64,000 bases of DNA, taken from Mizuhopecten yessoensis. Taxonomy: Eukaryota. Of the stretch, positions 27,182 through 40,152 are shown piece after piece. A model generated the notes under the pieces. It had not been told where the DNA came from. It saw only the letters and a program-made list of their open reading frames with translations, and did no database searches. Position 1 is the stretch's first letter. Every line of letters starts with the position of its first letter. The stretch covers positions 124,001 through 188,000 of the forward strand of contig NW_018480040.1 in the NCBI RefSeq assembly GCF_002113885.1, written 5' to 3'. The position numbers were made by a program, and so were the translations under genes.

Positions 27182-29089
27182 GGACAACCTCTTCCACAAT
27201 TGCAACTAACGAATGGTACCGGATATATTTATCCTGAATATATCAATAACACGTCTAACCACAAATACAATCAACATGGAAAGTACAGCTTTCCAAACAA
27301 TAACGGTACACATGGCAACCATAGTTTTCCTTATCACAACAGTACTCATGGCCACCATAGTTGCCCTCATCAACACGGTAACCATAGCAACAAGAGTTAT
27401 CCTTATCAAAACGGCACCCATCGCATTCACAGTTACGCTTATTACAACGGCGTCCAAGTGAACCATAGTTACCCTCACTACAATGGCACTTACGGCAACC
27501 ACAGTTACCTTAAACCACAACGGCACCCATGTCAACCACAGTTTCCCTCATCACAACCGCACCTTAGGCAACCACAGTTTCCCTCATCACAACGCAGTTT
27601 CCCTCATCACAACCGCACCTTAGGCAACACGGCACCCGTGACAACCACAGTTTCTCACATCACAACGGCACCCATAGCAACCATAGTTATCCTCATCAAA
27701 ACAGCACCCATGGCAACCACAGTTACCTTAAACCACAACGGCACCCATGTCAACCACAGTTTCCCTCATCACAACCGCACCTTAGGCAACCACAGTTTCC
27801 CTCATCACAACGGAAGTCGTAATACAATACTTATCCGCGATTATAAACGGCACCCGTGGCAACCACAGTTTCTCACATCACAACGGCACCCATGGCAACC
27901 ATAGTTACCCTAAACCACAACGGCACCCATGGCAACCACAGTTTTTCACATCACAACGGCACCCATGCTAGCCACAGTTGTCTTCATCACAACGGTACTT
28001 ATGGCAACCACAGCTATTCCAACGCTAACGAATCACGCATCCTCTATGATGAATCAACCTTTCTTTATGACAGGTGGACGGTTGGTGATAATCTAACCAT
28101 CTATAGTATTCAATGTTACGTCATTCTTATTTAAGGCGTTGTTTTTAATAGCATTCAGATAATAATAATATACGGAACAATAAAGCCACTCGTGTATTAA
28201 TCATGAAATACTTTATCAATTTTTGTTTTTGCAACATTCCTTATACATAGTTCATCCGTCATTTTTTCTGTATACATCATACAATCCCTGAAATGGGTTG
28301 TGATAATGCAAATACTGCGGTACCTCAAATTTGATTTCATAATGGTTTTCTTTACGTCTATCAATTTATCTCAATGTATAAAATCATAAATATTGTGTTT
28401 TGATATCTAATGAAGATAGCAACATATTTTTTTGAATAAACAAGCCTTTTAAGTATATATAAATATGTTTTGCAACAGTGTAATGTTTGCAATTGTTGCT
28501 AAAAGATATAGATGATAGTGGTTCCTGCAACGACAGAATGTCATCAATCGGCATACATTTTAGTATACCGAAGGCCATAAAAAGAAGAATGACGTGTAAA
28601 CGAAATGATTTTATTTCACAGCACACTATGGCCATGCATCTCGGCAATATTTACTATATCATGATATTGACACCTCACCAGTAGAGCATGTTCCTCACGA
28701 ACAATAGCCTAACATCGTTAGATGTATGTCCATATTTTTTCTATTCTAAGACATTTCTGAAAGCAGCAGATATGACTATGTTTTCCGTGTGTCTGACCAT
28801 ACTTCAGTCTTATATTTAGTCAATGTAGGTAACCTTTCTTTTATTTTGCAAGGGCGATTGAGTTTCTCTTCCTCTTTCCCGTCACTGTATATCAGAATTT
28901 TAGGTAATAAATTTGAATCCAGTTGGTGATATATGTACATGCAAAATAACATCTTATTTTTAGCTGCAACTGATGAAGATGTTGAGTACGGGACATAACT
29001 CCGCTATAGAGTTCTAGACTGTACTCTTCCCCGGAGACAAGTTCGCTCCCATTTGTCATGGAACAAACTGTGTATTGCGCGCCAACTAA
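27182..29089 (+). pseudogene. C': pseudogene copy of gene C (exon remnants 27182-28080, 28622-28723, 28964-29089)
   Basis: Exon 1 and TATA deleted; exon-2 acceptor changed aatag>aatat; frameshifts in the expanded repeat; conserved Cys changed to Tyr (NIYYI vs NSCYI); premature TAG at 28682 and 29015. Confidence 0.9.
27290..28020 (+). repeat. 36-bp coding-derived minisatellite (cacaacggcacccatggcaaccacagtttccctcat = HNGTHGNHSFPH), about 20 units
   Basis: Tandem units read directly; only about 5 units in intact gene C (39185-39370). Confidence 0.9.
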
Positions 29090-30504
29090 AAGGAAACACG
29101 TAAGGACGGGCCTATTTAATTGTAAATATTTTACCATTTACTGGTCTATCTGTGTTGTCCTCCTTACCCACTATGAGTTCAAAACCTGTGTTTTAGAGTA
29201 TAAATATAGACACAATTATAATCGAAAAAAATNGAGCATGCTCTGTTGGTAAGGTGTCAATATCATAAGATAACAGGAATTGCCGAGATACAATGCCATA
29301 GTATGCTGTAAAATGGAATTAATTCGTTATCGCTTCATTCTTCATACACACATGCCAATCTTATAAAATAATTATCTCGATTTTTCAGCAAGAAAATGAA
29401 ACATTAAACTTTTACAAACACACATTTTATGTTTGAAATGTATATTGCTATCTTCGAACGTTAGATATCAAACGATATGTACAATATTTATCATTTTTCA
29501 CTTAATTGCTGTAATAAATTGCTAGACGTAAAAGAAACCATCATGATATTGACACCTCACCAGTAGAGCATGTTCCTCACGAACAATGGCCTAACATCGT
29601 TAGATGTATGTCCATATTTTTTCTATTCTAAGACATTTCTGAAAGCAGCAGATATGACTATGTTTTCCGTGTGTCTGACCATACTTCAGTCTTATATTTA
29701 GTCAATGTAGGTAACCTTTCTTTTATTTTGCAAGGGCGATTGAGTTTCTCTTCCTCTTTCCCGTCACTGTATATCAGAATTTTAGGTAATAAATTTGAAT
29801 CCAGTTGGTGATATATGTACATGCAAAATAACATCTTATTTTTAGCTGCAACTGATGAAGATGTTGAGTACGGGACATAACTCCGCTATAGAGTTCTAGA
29901 CTGTACTCTTCCCCGGAGACAAGTTCGCTCCCATTTGTCATGGATCAAACTGTGTATTGCGCGCCAACTAAAAGGAAACACGTAAGGACGGGCCTATTTA
30001 ATTGTAAATATTTTACCATTTACTGGTCTATCTGTGTTGTCCTCCTTACCCACTATGAGTTCAAAACCTGTGTTTTAGAGTATAAATATAGACACAATTA
30101 TAATCGAAAAAAATGTATTTATTACCTCATAGAAATATTACATGACGTAAAATAGTTATATATAATAGTATGGACAACATGGTCATCAAACACATTCGAC
30201 CATTGTGTATGCCTAAACCTTGGTAAATGACTTGGAATTAATTGTATGATGTGTTTAAGAAATTGATCATTCTACTGGCAATATTCTGGTTTCGAGATAA
30301 AAATATATTTAATTTAAATAAGGACAAATGAGACAATATTTGATTTTAGTATGATTATTTATACAAAATAACCATTTTATAAAACCAAATCCTAATTTCC
30401 GTTTTCATTCTTTTATATTCACTACATTGTGATTACGACTGAGAGTTAAAAATCCAATTAAAGACGTACAAAAATACTTTCTTGACTGCTTATGTATTCG
30501 CTGT

Positions 30505-30680
30505 TACGGACGGGTTTCGACTTTCCTATCGTGAACCTTCCCTTTATTGATAGTAACAGCACTGCTACCTCTACTATGCTGTCGCACATGATTCGGTACT
30601 TTAAATCTTGCTCCGGATATCATGACTTCTGTGATAGATGTGGACTGCTGCCGGACAAATTTACAACACAGGTTTTCTAA
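30505..30680 (+). mobile_element. Penelope-like retroelement RT C-terminal fragment (repeated at ~32505-32680 +)
   Basis: FDFPIVNLPFIDSN...SHMIRYFKSCSGYHDFCDR resembles the Penelope-type FPIVNFPF-SNIP...SQLIRY...C..Y.DF motif. Confidence 0.7.
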
Positions 30681-30881
30681 AGATAGAAGTTGTGTTAAAA
30701 ATAAGGTCGGTGCTTTTGATAACGGGTCTCCCTAGTTCTATCGATTTTGAGTTCAAGTTAAGGTTTTGTTGAGACTACAACATGCAGCTGGTTCGTTCTT
30801 CTAAGGCTCATCTGTGATGATAGGGGTCAAACAGATGGAAATCAAAATCGGTCGAAACCACTGTTGAAACAGATTGCTATN

Positions 30882-31300
30882 AAGTCGGAAAATCAATAGC
30901 GTATTTGTGTCCCGTACTCAACTTCTTCATCAGTTGTAGCTAATAAATAAATGAAAATACGATGTTGTAATGCATGTAGCACAATCAGGATTCAAATTAC
31001 TTACTTAGAATTCTGAATACATTAAGGGGAAAGAAGGAAAAAATCTCAATCGCCCATGTCAAATTAAAGATAATTATATACATGCATTGACTAATCCATT
31101 AAATTAATATAAGAACTTAAATGTTTTCTAACACACAGAAAACAAAATCATATTTGCTGCTTTTAGAAATATATAAGAGTGAATAAATATGGACATACCT
31201 CTAACGATGTTAGGCCATTATTCGTGTTGAGCATGCTCTGTTGGTAAGGTGTCAATATCATAAGATAACAGGAATTGCCGAGATACAATGCCATAGTATG
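30882..31300 (-). pseudogene. Orphan copy of gene C exon 3 (31300-31199) and partial exon 4 (30939-30882) within the tandem unit
   Basis: HTMALYLGNSCYLMILTPYQQSMLNTNNGLTSLE; exons 1-2 are cut off by the ATCATGA junction. Confidence 0.75.
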
Positions 31301-33505
31301 CTGTAAAATGGAATTAATTCGTTATCGCTTCATTCTTCATACACACATGCCAATCTTATAAAATAATTATCTCGATTTTTCAGCAAGAAAATGAAACATT
31401 AAACTTTTACAAACACACATTTTATGTTTGAAATGTATATTGCTATCTTCGAACGTTAGATATCAAACGATATGTACAATATTTATCATTTTTCACTTAA
31501 TTGCTGTAATAAATTGCTAGACGTAAAAGAAACCATCATGATATTGACACCTCACCAGTAGAGCATGTTCCTCACGAACAATGGCCTAACATCGTTAGAT
31601 GTATGTCCATATTTTTTCTATTCTAAGACATTTCTGAAAGCAGCAGATATGACTATGTTTTCCGTGTGTCTGACCATACTTCAGTCTTATATTTAGTCAA
31701 TGTAGGTAACCTTTCTTTTATTTTGCAAGGGCGATTGAGTTTCTCTTCCTCTTTCCCGTCACTGTATATCAGAATTTTAGGTAATAAATTTGAATCCAGT
31801 TGGTGATATATGTACATGCAAAATAACATCTTATTTTTAGCTGCAACTGATGAAGATGTTGAGTACGGGACATAACTCCGCTATAGAGTTCTAGACTGTA
31901 CTCTTCCCCGGAGACAAGTTCGCTCCCATTTGTCATGGAACAAACTGTGTATTGCGCGCCAACTAAAAGGAAACACGTAAGGACGGGCCTATTTAATTGT
32001 AAATATTTTACCATTTACTGGTCTATCTGTGTTGTCCTCCTTACCCACTATGAGTTCAAAACCTGTGTTTTAGAGTATAAATATAGACACAATTATAATC
32101 GAAAAAAATTGTATTTATTACCTCATAGAAATATTACATGACGTAAAATAGTTATATATAATAGTATGGACAACATGGTCATCAAACACATTCGACCATT
32201 GTGTATGCCTAAACCTTGGTAAATGACTTGGAATTAATTGTATGGTGTGTTTAAGAAATTGATCATTCTACTGGCAATATTCTGGTTTCGAGATAAAAAA
32301 TATATTTAATTTAAATAAGGACAAATGCGACAATATTTGATTTTAGTATGATTATTTATACAAAATAACCATTTTATAAAACCAAATCCTAATTTCCGTT
32401 TTCATTCTTTTATATTCACTACATTGTGATTACGACTGAGAGTTAAAAATCCAATTAAAGACGTACAAAAATACTTTCTTGACTGCTTATTATTCGCTGT
32501 TACGGACGGGTTTCGACTTTCCTATCGTGAACCTTCCCTTTATTGATAGTAACAGCACTGCTACCTCTACTATGCTGTCGCACATGATTCGGTACTTTAA
32601 ATCTTGCTCCGGATATCATGACTTCTGTGATAGATGTGGACTGCTGCCGGACAATTTACAACACAGGTTTTCTAAAGATAGAAGTTGTGTTAAAAATAAG
32701 GTCGGTGCTTTTGATAACGGGTCTCCCTAGTTCTATCGATTTTGAGTTCAAGTTAAGGTTTTGTTGAGACTACAACATGCAGCTGGTTCGTTCTTCTAAG
32801 GCTCATCTGTGATGATAGGGGTCAAACAGATGGAAATCAAAATCGGTCGAAACCACTGTTGAAACAGATTGCTATAAAAAATTACGATTTTGTAGTTTAT
32901 TAAGTGTGTAATTTGTTGTAAATTTTGGTTAACTTTTGGTGCCGAATTCTATACAGAATCTCCGAAATGAGGGCATGTAAACCAGTGTGGATAGTCCCAT
33001 TTAACCAGGATAGTGGTAAACACTATCGTCTATGGAAAATCATTTGGTTCTGCGGTCCCTATAGAAAGATGCAGGATATGACGTTTTACACCATTCGAGC
33101 GTCCCTGGAAACCGGATGATGGGACTCGCTAGCATATTTCTTGTTGTGAATCTAATCATGGATGTGTTTTGGCAGAATTTAGAGGGAAAATTAGTTGCAG
33201 TAAGATACTATGATGGAAATATACACCCATGTAGAGTGTGGAGGGGGGCATGGACCAGGGAGGATATGGGCGTATTGTGGTTAGATTGCCAAATGGACAC
33301 ATAAAATATATATATCAAAAAATAACAAAGACCAGTTTTTAAGTTCTCAATATTTTAATGTTGCATTTCTTTTTCTCAATCATAACTCTTTATGATGTGT
33401 CTTTCACATAAATTTCTTCACCAATTTTACAGTCATGTAATTTGAATATTTTGTGTCTCTTATTTCTTTTCTGAATTTTACACCACAATGATGTCTTTTT
33501 TGTTC

Positions 33506-33800
33506 TTATTCTAGGTCCTTGGACACTGAGCTCCCAGCAGTGATTGGAGACCCAACCCCACTACACATTTCTTTTATGGCAGTCCCGGGTCCATGGTTCA
33601 CAGGATACACCACCCTATGAGCTCTCCCTGAAAAATTACGAGTAAAGTTGATGGGAGAGACTGCTTCAGCCGTCTGTTCACAGATTTTACCTTTTGGGTC
33701 GACAGGTTCCACAGGCACATTTCCAACACGGAGTCACCGAGACAGACCTTAACTTTCTCCATCATAGTTTTTGACACAGTTGCCTCTCCAACGCTGACCT
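33506..33800 (-). mobile_element. Degenerate DNA-transposase fragment (possibly Kolobok/Mutator-like)
   Basis: Frameshifted STQKVKSVNRRLKQSLPS/FTRNFSGRAHRVVYPVNHGPGTAIKEMC resembles the TQ-x-E-S-x-N region of such transposases; recognised from memory only. Confidence 0.35.
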
Positions 33801-34439
33801 TGAAATCACTTGGTAAATATTAGTTGTCTGTTAGCAAGTTATTTATTTTCTTCTCTGCATACACTAGTGATTTGGTCCTCCACTCACAATGTACACATTG
33901 GTTACACTTCACGAATACCCCCCTTACACCATGTGTAGCAGCCCTCTCCCATCACTGTCTTTCATCTCAGCTGGTGTTATGTAAACATTCTGTAATCCTA
34001 TCATTGTGGTGTTGTACTGTTTGTACAGTTATTAGTCTTTACTTTTGTGTCTGTTTTTGGCTCTTTTTTCTAAATAATTGCTGGTGTCCTGAATTTGTTA
34101 CAGATCCTGAAATTGAGTTATCTCCTCTGATCTTCAGACATTATGTTATTTGTTTATATTTTTGAGTAGTACAGCACATGTACTTTAATAAAAACTCAAA
34201 ACCATAAGTCTAAGTATAATGTGTATATATTATAAATTTACATTTCGAAATCGATTCAATTTTCATGTCTTTTCTTGCAGGAATCTCCATCTTCTGTACC
34301 AGTAGAAGACTTGACCTACCAGCCCAAACCTTGGAGCCAGCCACTTTCCATTTTGTTATCATACCATATGGTCCTGACTTTTAAAAGAAAACAAATGGTA
34401 AATTTGAAAAATATTTGGGATCCTACACAGCATATTCTC

Positions 34440-36810
34440 TACTTAATTTCATTTGGATATAACTGTTGCATATTTGAGCCTGGTTACTTCCGTTGTCCAG
34501 CTGGTACACGTAGCTCAAGCGGTTAGAGCGATAGTATTACAATGTGGAATCCAACGTTTCGAATCCCGTTCTAGTCTTGCTATATCATTTTTACACTAAG
34601 AATACTGTTGTTGATGATAATTTATATTTTTTCCCATTTTCAAGATATTTATTAAAGCTACAGTTATGTTGGTAAAAACCGTTTCCAATCTGTAGTTTTG
34701 TTTCTAGTACGAGGATCCTTAATTATGCAAATTCACCACTTCACGCCTACAAGTCATGTCAAAACACTGTGAGCAAATAACAGACACCAAGCAAACATAT
34801 AATTGCAAATGTATTTTGTCAAGAGCAAAAATAGTGTAATATGAACATGAACTGGTGAAAGAGGCACGTGCTGACCGCGTTGTGCTTATTTACTGTTACG
34901 ACGGTTTCACGTCATATTACAAAAATAACTTCAAATTAAAAAACAAACAAATTAATACATTTTTGACCAATGGCATCACACACTATTTTAATAGATGACA
35001 CATAGTAAATCTGACAGAACCAAACAGCATTCCATATATGTACGGATACGCTGGGATATCGCCTATTGTTTACTTTGAGGACCGTTTAACTATCTATTAA
35101 TAAAACTAAAGATATTCATAATATAGTAAGTTTCATTAATATATACTGATTTTCTTGATATCAATATGTTGATCTGTTTTATAATTAAAAGCGAATTGGT
35201 GTAACCATCAAATGAACTAGTGATATCAAAACAAATTTAATGATGTCTTTAGTCTGATTTTGTGTGTTATTATAAAATTGAGTATCAAATTTCGTTAGAT
35301 CAGACTATTTTACTTACAAATTTTCATGAAGTCAATCCGTTTTAGATGGATAACAGAGACCTGATTATCGGGCTACAGTAAGCAGAAAACAAAAAATCGT
35401 ATCAAATAATATGGTTATACTACGGAAGCTTATTCGTTCCATCTTTGGAAGGAAAAATAAAACGACGAACGAAATGAAAGTCACACGCACGAGGTAAAAC
35501 AAAGTATACAAATGAAATAAAAAGTCGTACAAATGAGATACAAAGTTGTACGCACGAGGTAAAAATCGTACGATCGAAATAGAATTCTGACGAACGAGAC
35601 AAAAAATCGTATAAACAAAAGAAAAAAGTCGCAAATCGAGGTAAAAGTCGAATGACTTTTGACTAATTCCGACGAAGATTGATAAAATCATAGGAAGTTT
35701 CTTAAAGTTAACGATGTCAGAATGTCAGTCGATTGTTTTGACTGCTGGCTTGTAAACTTCCCTACGCTGACAACGGCGCTTACATGTAACAGGTTACAAG
35801 ATTGATATTTTTTTTTTACTTTTGCCTTACAATTTCTGTCTGATTGACAGCGGGGCTCAACAGCCACGGTTTAAAGAATCAATGAGGCGAGGCAACAGCC
35901 AAAACTAAATTAAAGAATTCACCCCTGTATTTGTACCACCCAAGTGGACTTAATATTACCACTCGTAATCATAATAGCCTCTGTTATAAATAGGATGTTT
36001 CTGTCTATATAGGGCAATGTAAGAACTGTATTGACTTCAGGTAAAAAGTGTGTTACATGTAGTTCGTCCTATTTAACAAACTGTGACCCCTCCCGTTTAC
36101 TTATGTAAATTATATGTAAATATTGCGAAATAGAGATAGAACGAACAGTTAGAATCGTCAACACATCTCTGGGTTTATTTTAACCAGTACCTTTAAATTG
36201 AATAGGTGATTTAAATGTATATAAGAAAACAACGCACACTTATGTTTAATGAATCAAGAACTGATGTTTTCTAATGTTAAAGATAGAAAATTAGCAAACA
36301 CTTATTGGACTAATTAACCTCTTTCTTAAATATTCGGGATAAGATTCATCAGTTTGCTATGATGTATGATAAAAACATGTTAAGTTAGTTTTTAGCACAA
36401 ACAGAAATTGAAAACTGATTTTGCGAGCTTTTGCTGCACTTTTCGCTTAATAAAGAAACAGACCGAGTTTCCAATATGTCTTATTTTTAAAGTTTTTATT
36501 GTGCTTTACGTCATATTAACACCTATCGAAATTTAAGGACGAGATAGGTTTCAATGATGGAGGGGAGCCGGAGTACCCGGACGAAAACCGTCGACCAGCG
36601 GAATGTACCTGGTGACTGCCCAAGGTTGACATCGAAGCTGCGACCCAATAGTGGAAATCTAGCGAACGCCTTAACCACTCGGCAACCGCGGCCCTAACGT
36701 CGATTTAACTACACACACGACCCTATTTGCCGATACATCTTCGTAACAAGGTTACAATAGTTAAAAGGTGTAAGTGAATAAACCAAATTTTATGAGGGAT
36801 TTATATTTGA
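34440..36810. repeat. Palindrome spacer built from copies of the 4-8.6 kb region
   Basis: 34440-36463 is an inverted copy of 3986-5897 (includes tRNA-like copy 3 at 34503-34575); 36485-36810 is a direct copy of 7105-7440 (SINE plus flank). Confidence 0.85.
36485..36694 (-). mobile_element. tRNA-derived SINE, same family and flank as 7105-7332
   Basis: Head gggccgcggttgccgagtggttaaggcg; core ggttttcgtccgggtactccggctcc. Confidence 0.75.
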
Positions 36811-37329
36811 AAACATCAAATACCGTAAGGAGTCTTTGCATTACAAAATAAGCACGAACCGTTAGTAAATGTAAAAATACACTTATATTTTGCTTAACTG
36901 ATATTCTACAAAATCGGTCTTCATCATGAATTTTAAAAGCAATCTGTTTCAACAGTAGTTTCGACCGATTTCGATTTCCATCTGTTTGACCCCTATCATC
37001 ACAGATGAGCCTTAGAAGAACGAACCAGCTGTATGTTGAAGTTTAATTCATTTTTAGAATGATGTTATTATTATCAAATTTATCTCATTAATCACATACG
37101 TGTGTCTTATTCTCATAGTTGAAACATATCTACTGTTAAAATTAACATATATAATTTGGTGTTCATGCATGCCTGGTTTTGAAGAGAAGGAAAAATCGAA
37201 GTCTCAACAAAAATTGAAATCAAAATCGATAGAACTATAGAGTTAAATATGAACACAAGCAATATTTACAACGAACCCCATTATCAAAAACACCGATCTT
37301 AATATCACACAAAGAAATCCTGATGGCGA

Positions 37330-37490
37330 CCATAACATGTCCGTCAGCAGTCCACATCTATCACAGAAGTCATGATATGCGGAACAAGATTTAAAGTACC
37401 GAATCATGTGCGACAGCATAGTAGGGGAAGCAGCGATGTTACTATCAATAAAAGAAGGTTCACGACTGGAAAGTCGAAACTCGCCAATAA
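37330..37490 (-). mobile_element. Penelope-like fragment, right-arm copy
   Basis: FIDSNIAASPTMLSHMIRYFKSCSAYHDFCDR; present on both arms, so it predates the inverted duplication. Confidence 0.7.
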
Positions 37491-38123
37491 CATTAAATAC
37501 ATAAGCAGTCAAGAAAGTGTTTTTGTACGTGTTTAATTGAATCTTTCATTCTCCGAAGAAATCACAATGTAGTGAGCACCCCCTGAATATAAAAGAATAA
37601 AAACGGAAATTAGGGTATTACTTTATAAAAATGGTTATTTTGTATAATTAGTCATATGAAAATCAAATAATGTCACGTTTGTCCTTGTTTAAATTAAACA
37701 TATTTATATCGCGAATTCAGAATGTTTCCAGTGCAGTGGTCAATTTCTTAAACACATCATACGTTAAATTCCAAGCGATACCACAAATGGAAAATCTTTT
37801 TACATATACTGTTCATTCTAGACACAACCTCATTATTCGCCTTAGTTTCAGCATACAAAATGGTTGAATGTTAGGACGACAAAGTGTTTACTACAATATA
37901 TATTTTTTTACGTCTTGTTATATTTCTTGTATTTCTATGAAGTCGTAATACAATACTTATCCGCGATTATAAATGTGTTTATATTTTTATTCTATGGCAA
38001 AGGTTTTTAACTCATAGTGGGTAAGGGGAGACAACACGGATAGACACCTTAATGGTAAACTATTTAGATTAAACACCCCGACATAAAGACGTAACGAATG
38101 AGCTCATCCCAAAGAGTTACCGT

Positions 38124-40152
38124 TCAGCTAGCGCGCAGTAGGTAGTTGGTTCCATGGCATAAGGGAGCAAACTTATCTCCGAGGGAGAGTAAAGTCGGAA
38201 AATCAATAGCGTATTTGTGTCCCGTACTCAACTTCTTCATCAGTTGTAGCTAATAAATAAATGAAAATACGATGTTGTAATGCATGTAGCACAATCAGGA
38301 TTCAAATTACTTACTTAGAATTCTGAATACATTAAGGGGATAGAAGGAAAAATCTCAATCGCCCATGTCAAATTTAAGATAATTATATACATGCATTGAC
38401 TAATCCATTAAATTAATATAAGAACTTAAATGTTATCTAACACACAGAAAACAAAATCATATTTGCTGCTTTTAGAAATATATAAGAGTGAATAAATATG
38501 GACATACCTCTAACGATGTTAGGCCATTGTTCGTGTTGAGCATGCTCTGTTGGTAAGGTGTCAATATCATAATATAACAGGAATTGCCGAGATGCAATGC
38601 CATAGTATGCTGTAAAATGAAATTAATTCGTTATCGCTTCATTCTTCATACACACATGCCAATCTTATAAAATAATTATCTCGATTTTTCAGCAAGAAAA
38701 GGAAACATTAAACTTTTACAAACACACATTTTATGTTTGAAATGTATATTGCTATCTTCGAACGTTAGATATCAAACGATATGTACAATATTTATCATTT
38801 TTCATTTAATTGCTGTGATAAATTGCTAGACGTAAAAGAAACCATCATGAAAACGAATTTCGAGGTACCGTTTATTTGCATTATTACAACCAATTTAAGA
38901 AATGGTATGATGCGTGCAGATTCATGCGTAATAAAATCTATAAACTAGCAATATTGTAATGAGAAGTAAAGATGATAAAGTATTTCATAATTAATAAATG
39001 AAAGGTTTTTTTTTTGTTCTGCATGTACATATTTATTTAATGCTTTTTAGAAAACTACGTTTAAATTATCAGAATTCGAATGACGTAACAAACAATCTTA
39101 CAAATACTTATTATCACCTACCGTCCACCTGTCGTAAAGAAAAGTTGACCCATCATACACGATGCGAGATCCGTTTGCGTTAGGATAGCTGTGATTGCCA
39201 TAGGTACCGTTGTGGTAAGGGAAACTGTGGTTGCCATGGGTGCCGTTGTGATGAGGGTAACTGTGGTTGCCATGGGTGCCGTTGTGGTTAGAGAAACTGT
39301 GATTACCATGGGTGCCGTTGTGATGAGGATAATTGTGGTTACCATGAGTACCATTATGGTTTGGAAAGCTGTAATTTCCATGTTGATTATGGTTGTGGTT
39401 AGACGTGTAATTGACATATTCGGGATAGATATATCCGGTACCATTCTTAAGTTGCCATTGTGGAAGAGATTGTCCCTATTCGAAAAAATGTTAATTACAA
39501 ATAAAATGAAACAGTAAAACGTGTGACAGCGAGTTACCACCTTTACTTTAAGTGACTATTGCAGATAAGGGAAGTCAAATCGAGGCTAATTGACGACCAA
39601 ACATGATAAGGATAAGTACACAATATGGTGCGTCCTTTTATCGATATCCGTAACTTTCAAATCGTAAGTTAATGTAGGATATTTACGTCCATAATTACCA
39701 CTTCTGTCATTTTGATTGATTTAACGCTCAAACTGTACAAAAATACCATTTTGACTTTGTGTTCCATCATGCTCATGTAGTGCCAAAATAAATCCTTAAA
39801 TCGTGCAAATGGTTTGCTTCAGGAACACTCATGAACTAATAAAAGCAAACATTAGTGTTAACTTCTTTGAAGTATGAATGAAAACACTCCTACAAGACAT
39901 TTGTGTATACCATTCAGAAAACTTATCACTTTTAAGAAATTGCTACACGGCCAGGTTCGCCTTTTGTAAGACAACATGTAGACAACTCCTCCGAGCGGCT
40001 AATTGTGTTTATCTGACTCTATTTATCAAAGAAATCACATTATTGATGAACAATAGAATGCTCACGAATTATTATCTATGTGTATGTTTAAGTTTGCTTA
40101 CCAATGCCACGACAAGCAAGAACACTGCAGCAATCAAGTAAATGTTGTTCAT
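38124..40152 (-). CDS. Gene C: secreted His/Asn-repeat BRICHOS-like glycoprotein, 210 aa; exons 40152-40102, 39475-39122, 38609-38508, 38249-38124
   Basis: TATAAAAG at 40198-40191; phase-0 GT-AG introns. MNNIYLIAAVFLLVVAL|GQSLPQWQLKNGTGYIYPEYVNYTSNHNHNQHGNYSFPN(HNGTHGNHxx(P/S)x)x5...NGSRIVYDGSTFLYDRWT|HTMALHLGNSCYIMILTPYQQSMLNTNNGLTSLE|LQLMKKLSTGHKYAIDFPTLLSLGDKFAPLCHGTNYLLRAS*. Confidence 0.88.

Larger units (their letters stand above)
28658..38850. repeat. Head-to-tail repeat of a 7.3-kb unit (full copy 31535-38850) bounded by ATCATGA; two further copies truncated at single-N gaps (29233, 30881)
   Basis: 29540-30880 nearly identical to 31535-32875; 30882-31541 matches 38192-38850 with about 10 differences; the same end-to-start junction occurs at 29540 and 31535. 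Confidence 0.75.

Noticed and set aside
27050-28134. 284-aa ORF and Thr-rich mucin-like ORFs; possible CRISPR-like 36-bp array
   Set aside because: The units are contiguous with no spacers and the DNA is eukaryotic; the ORFs drift between frames of pseudogene C' exon 2.
28892-32141. Repeated 64-81-aa ORFs (MVKYLQ..., MEQTVY...) as a gene family
   Set aside because: Off-frame or antisense readings of C' exon 4, repeated only because of the tandem unit.
39118-39540. 140-aa TTAPMATT ORF
   Set aside because: Wrong frame. Splice sites, intron phase and the FLYD family motif select the His/Asn frame.
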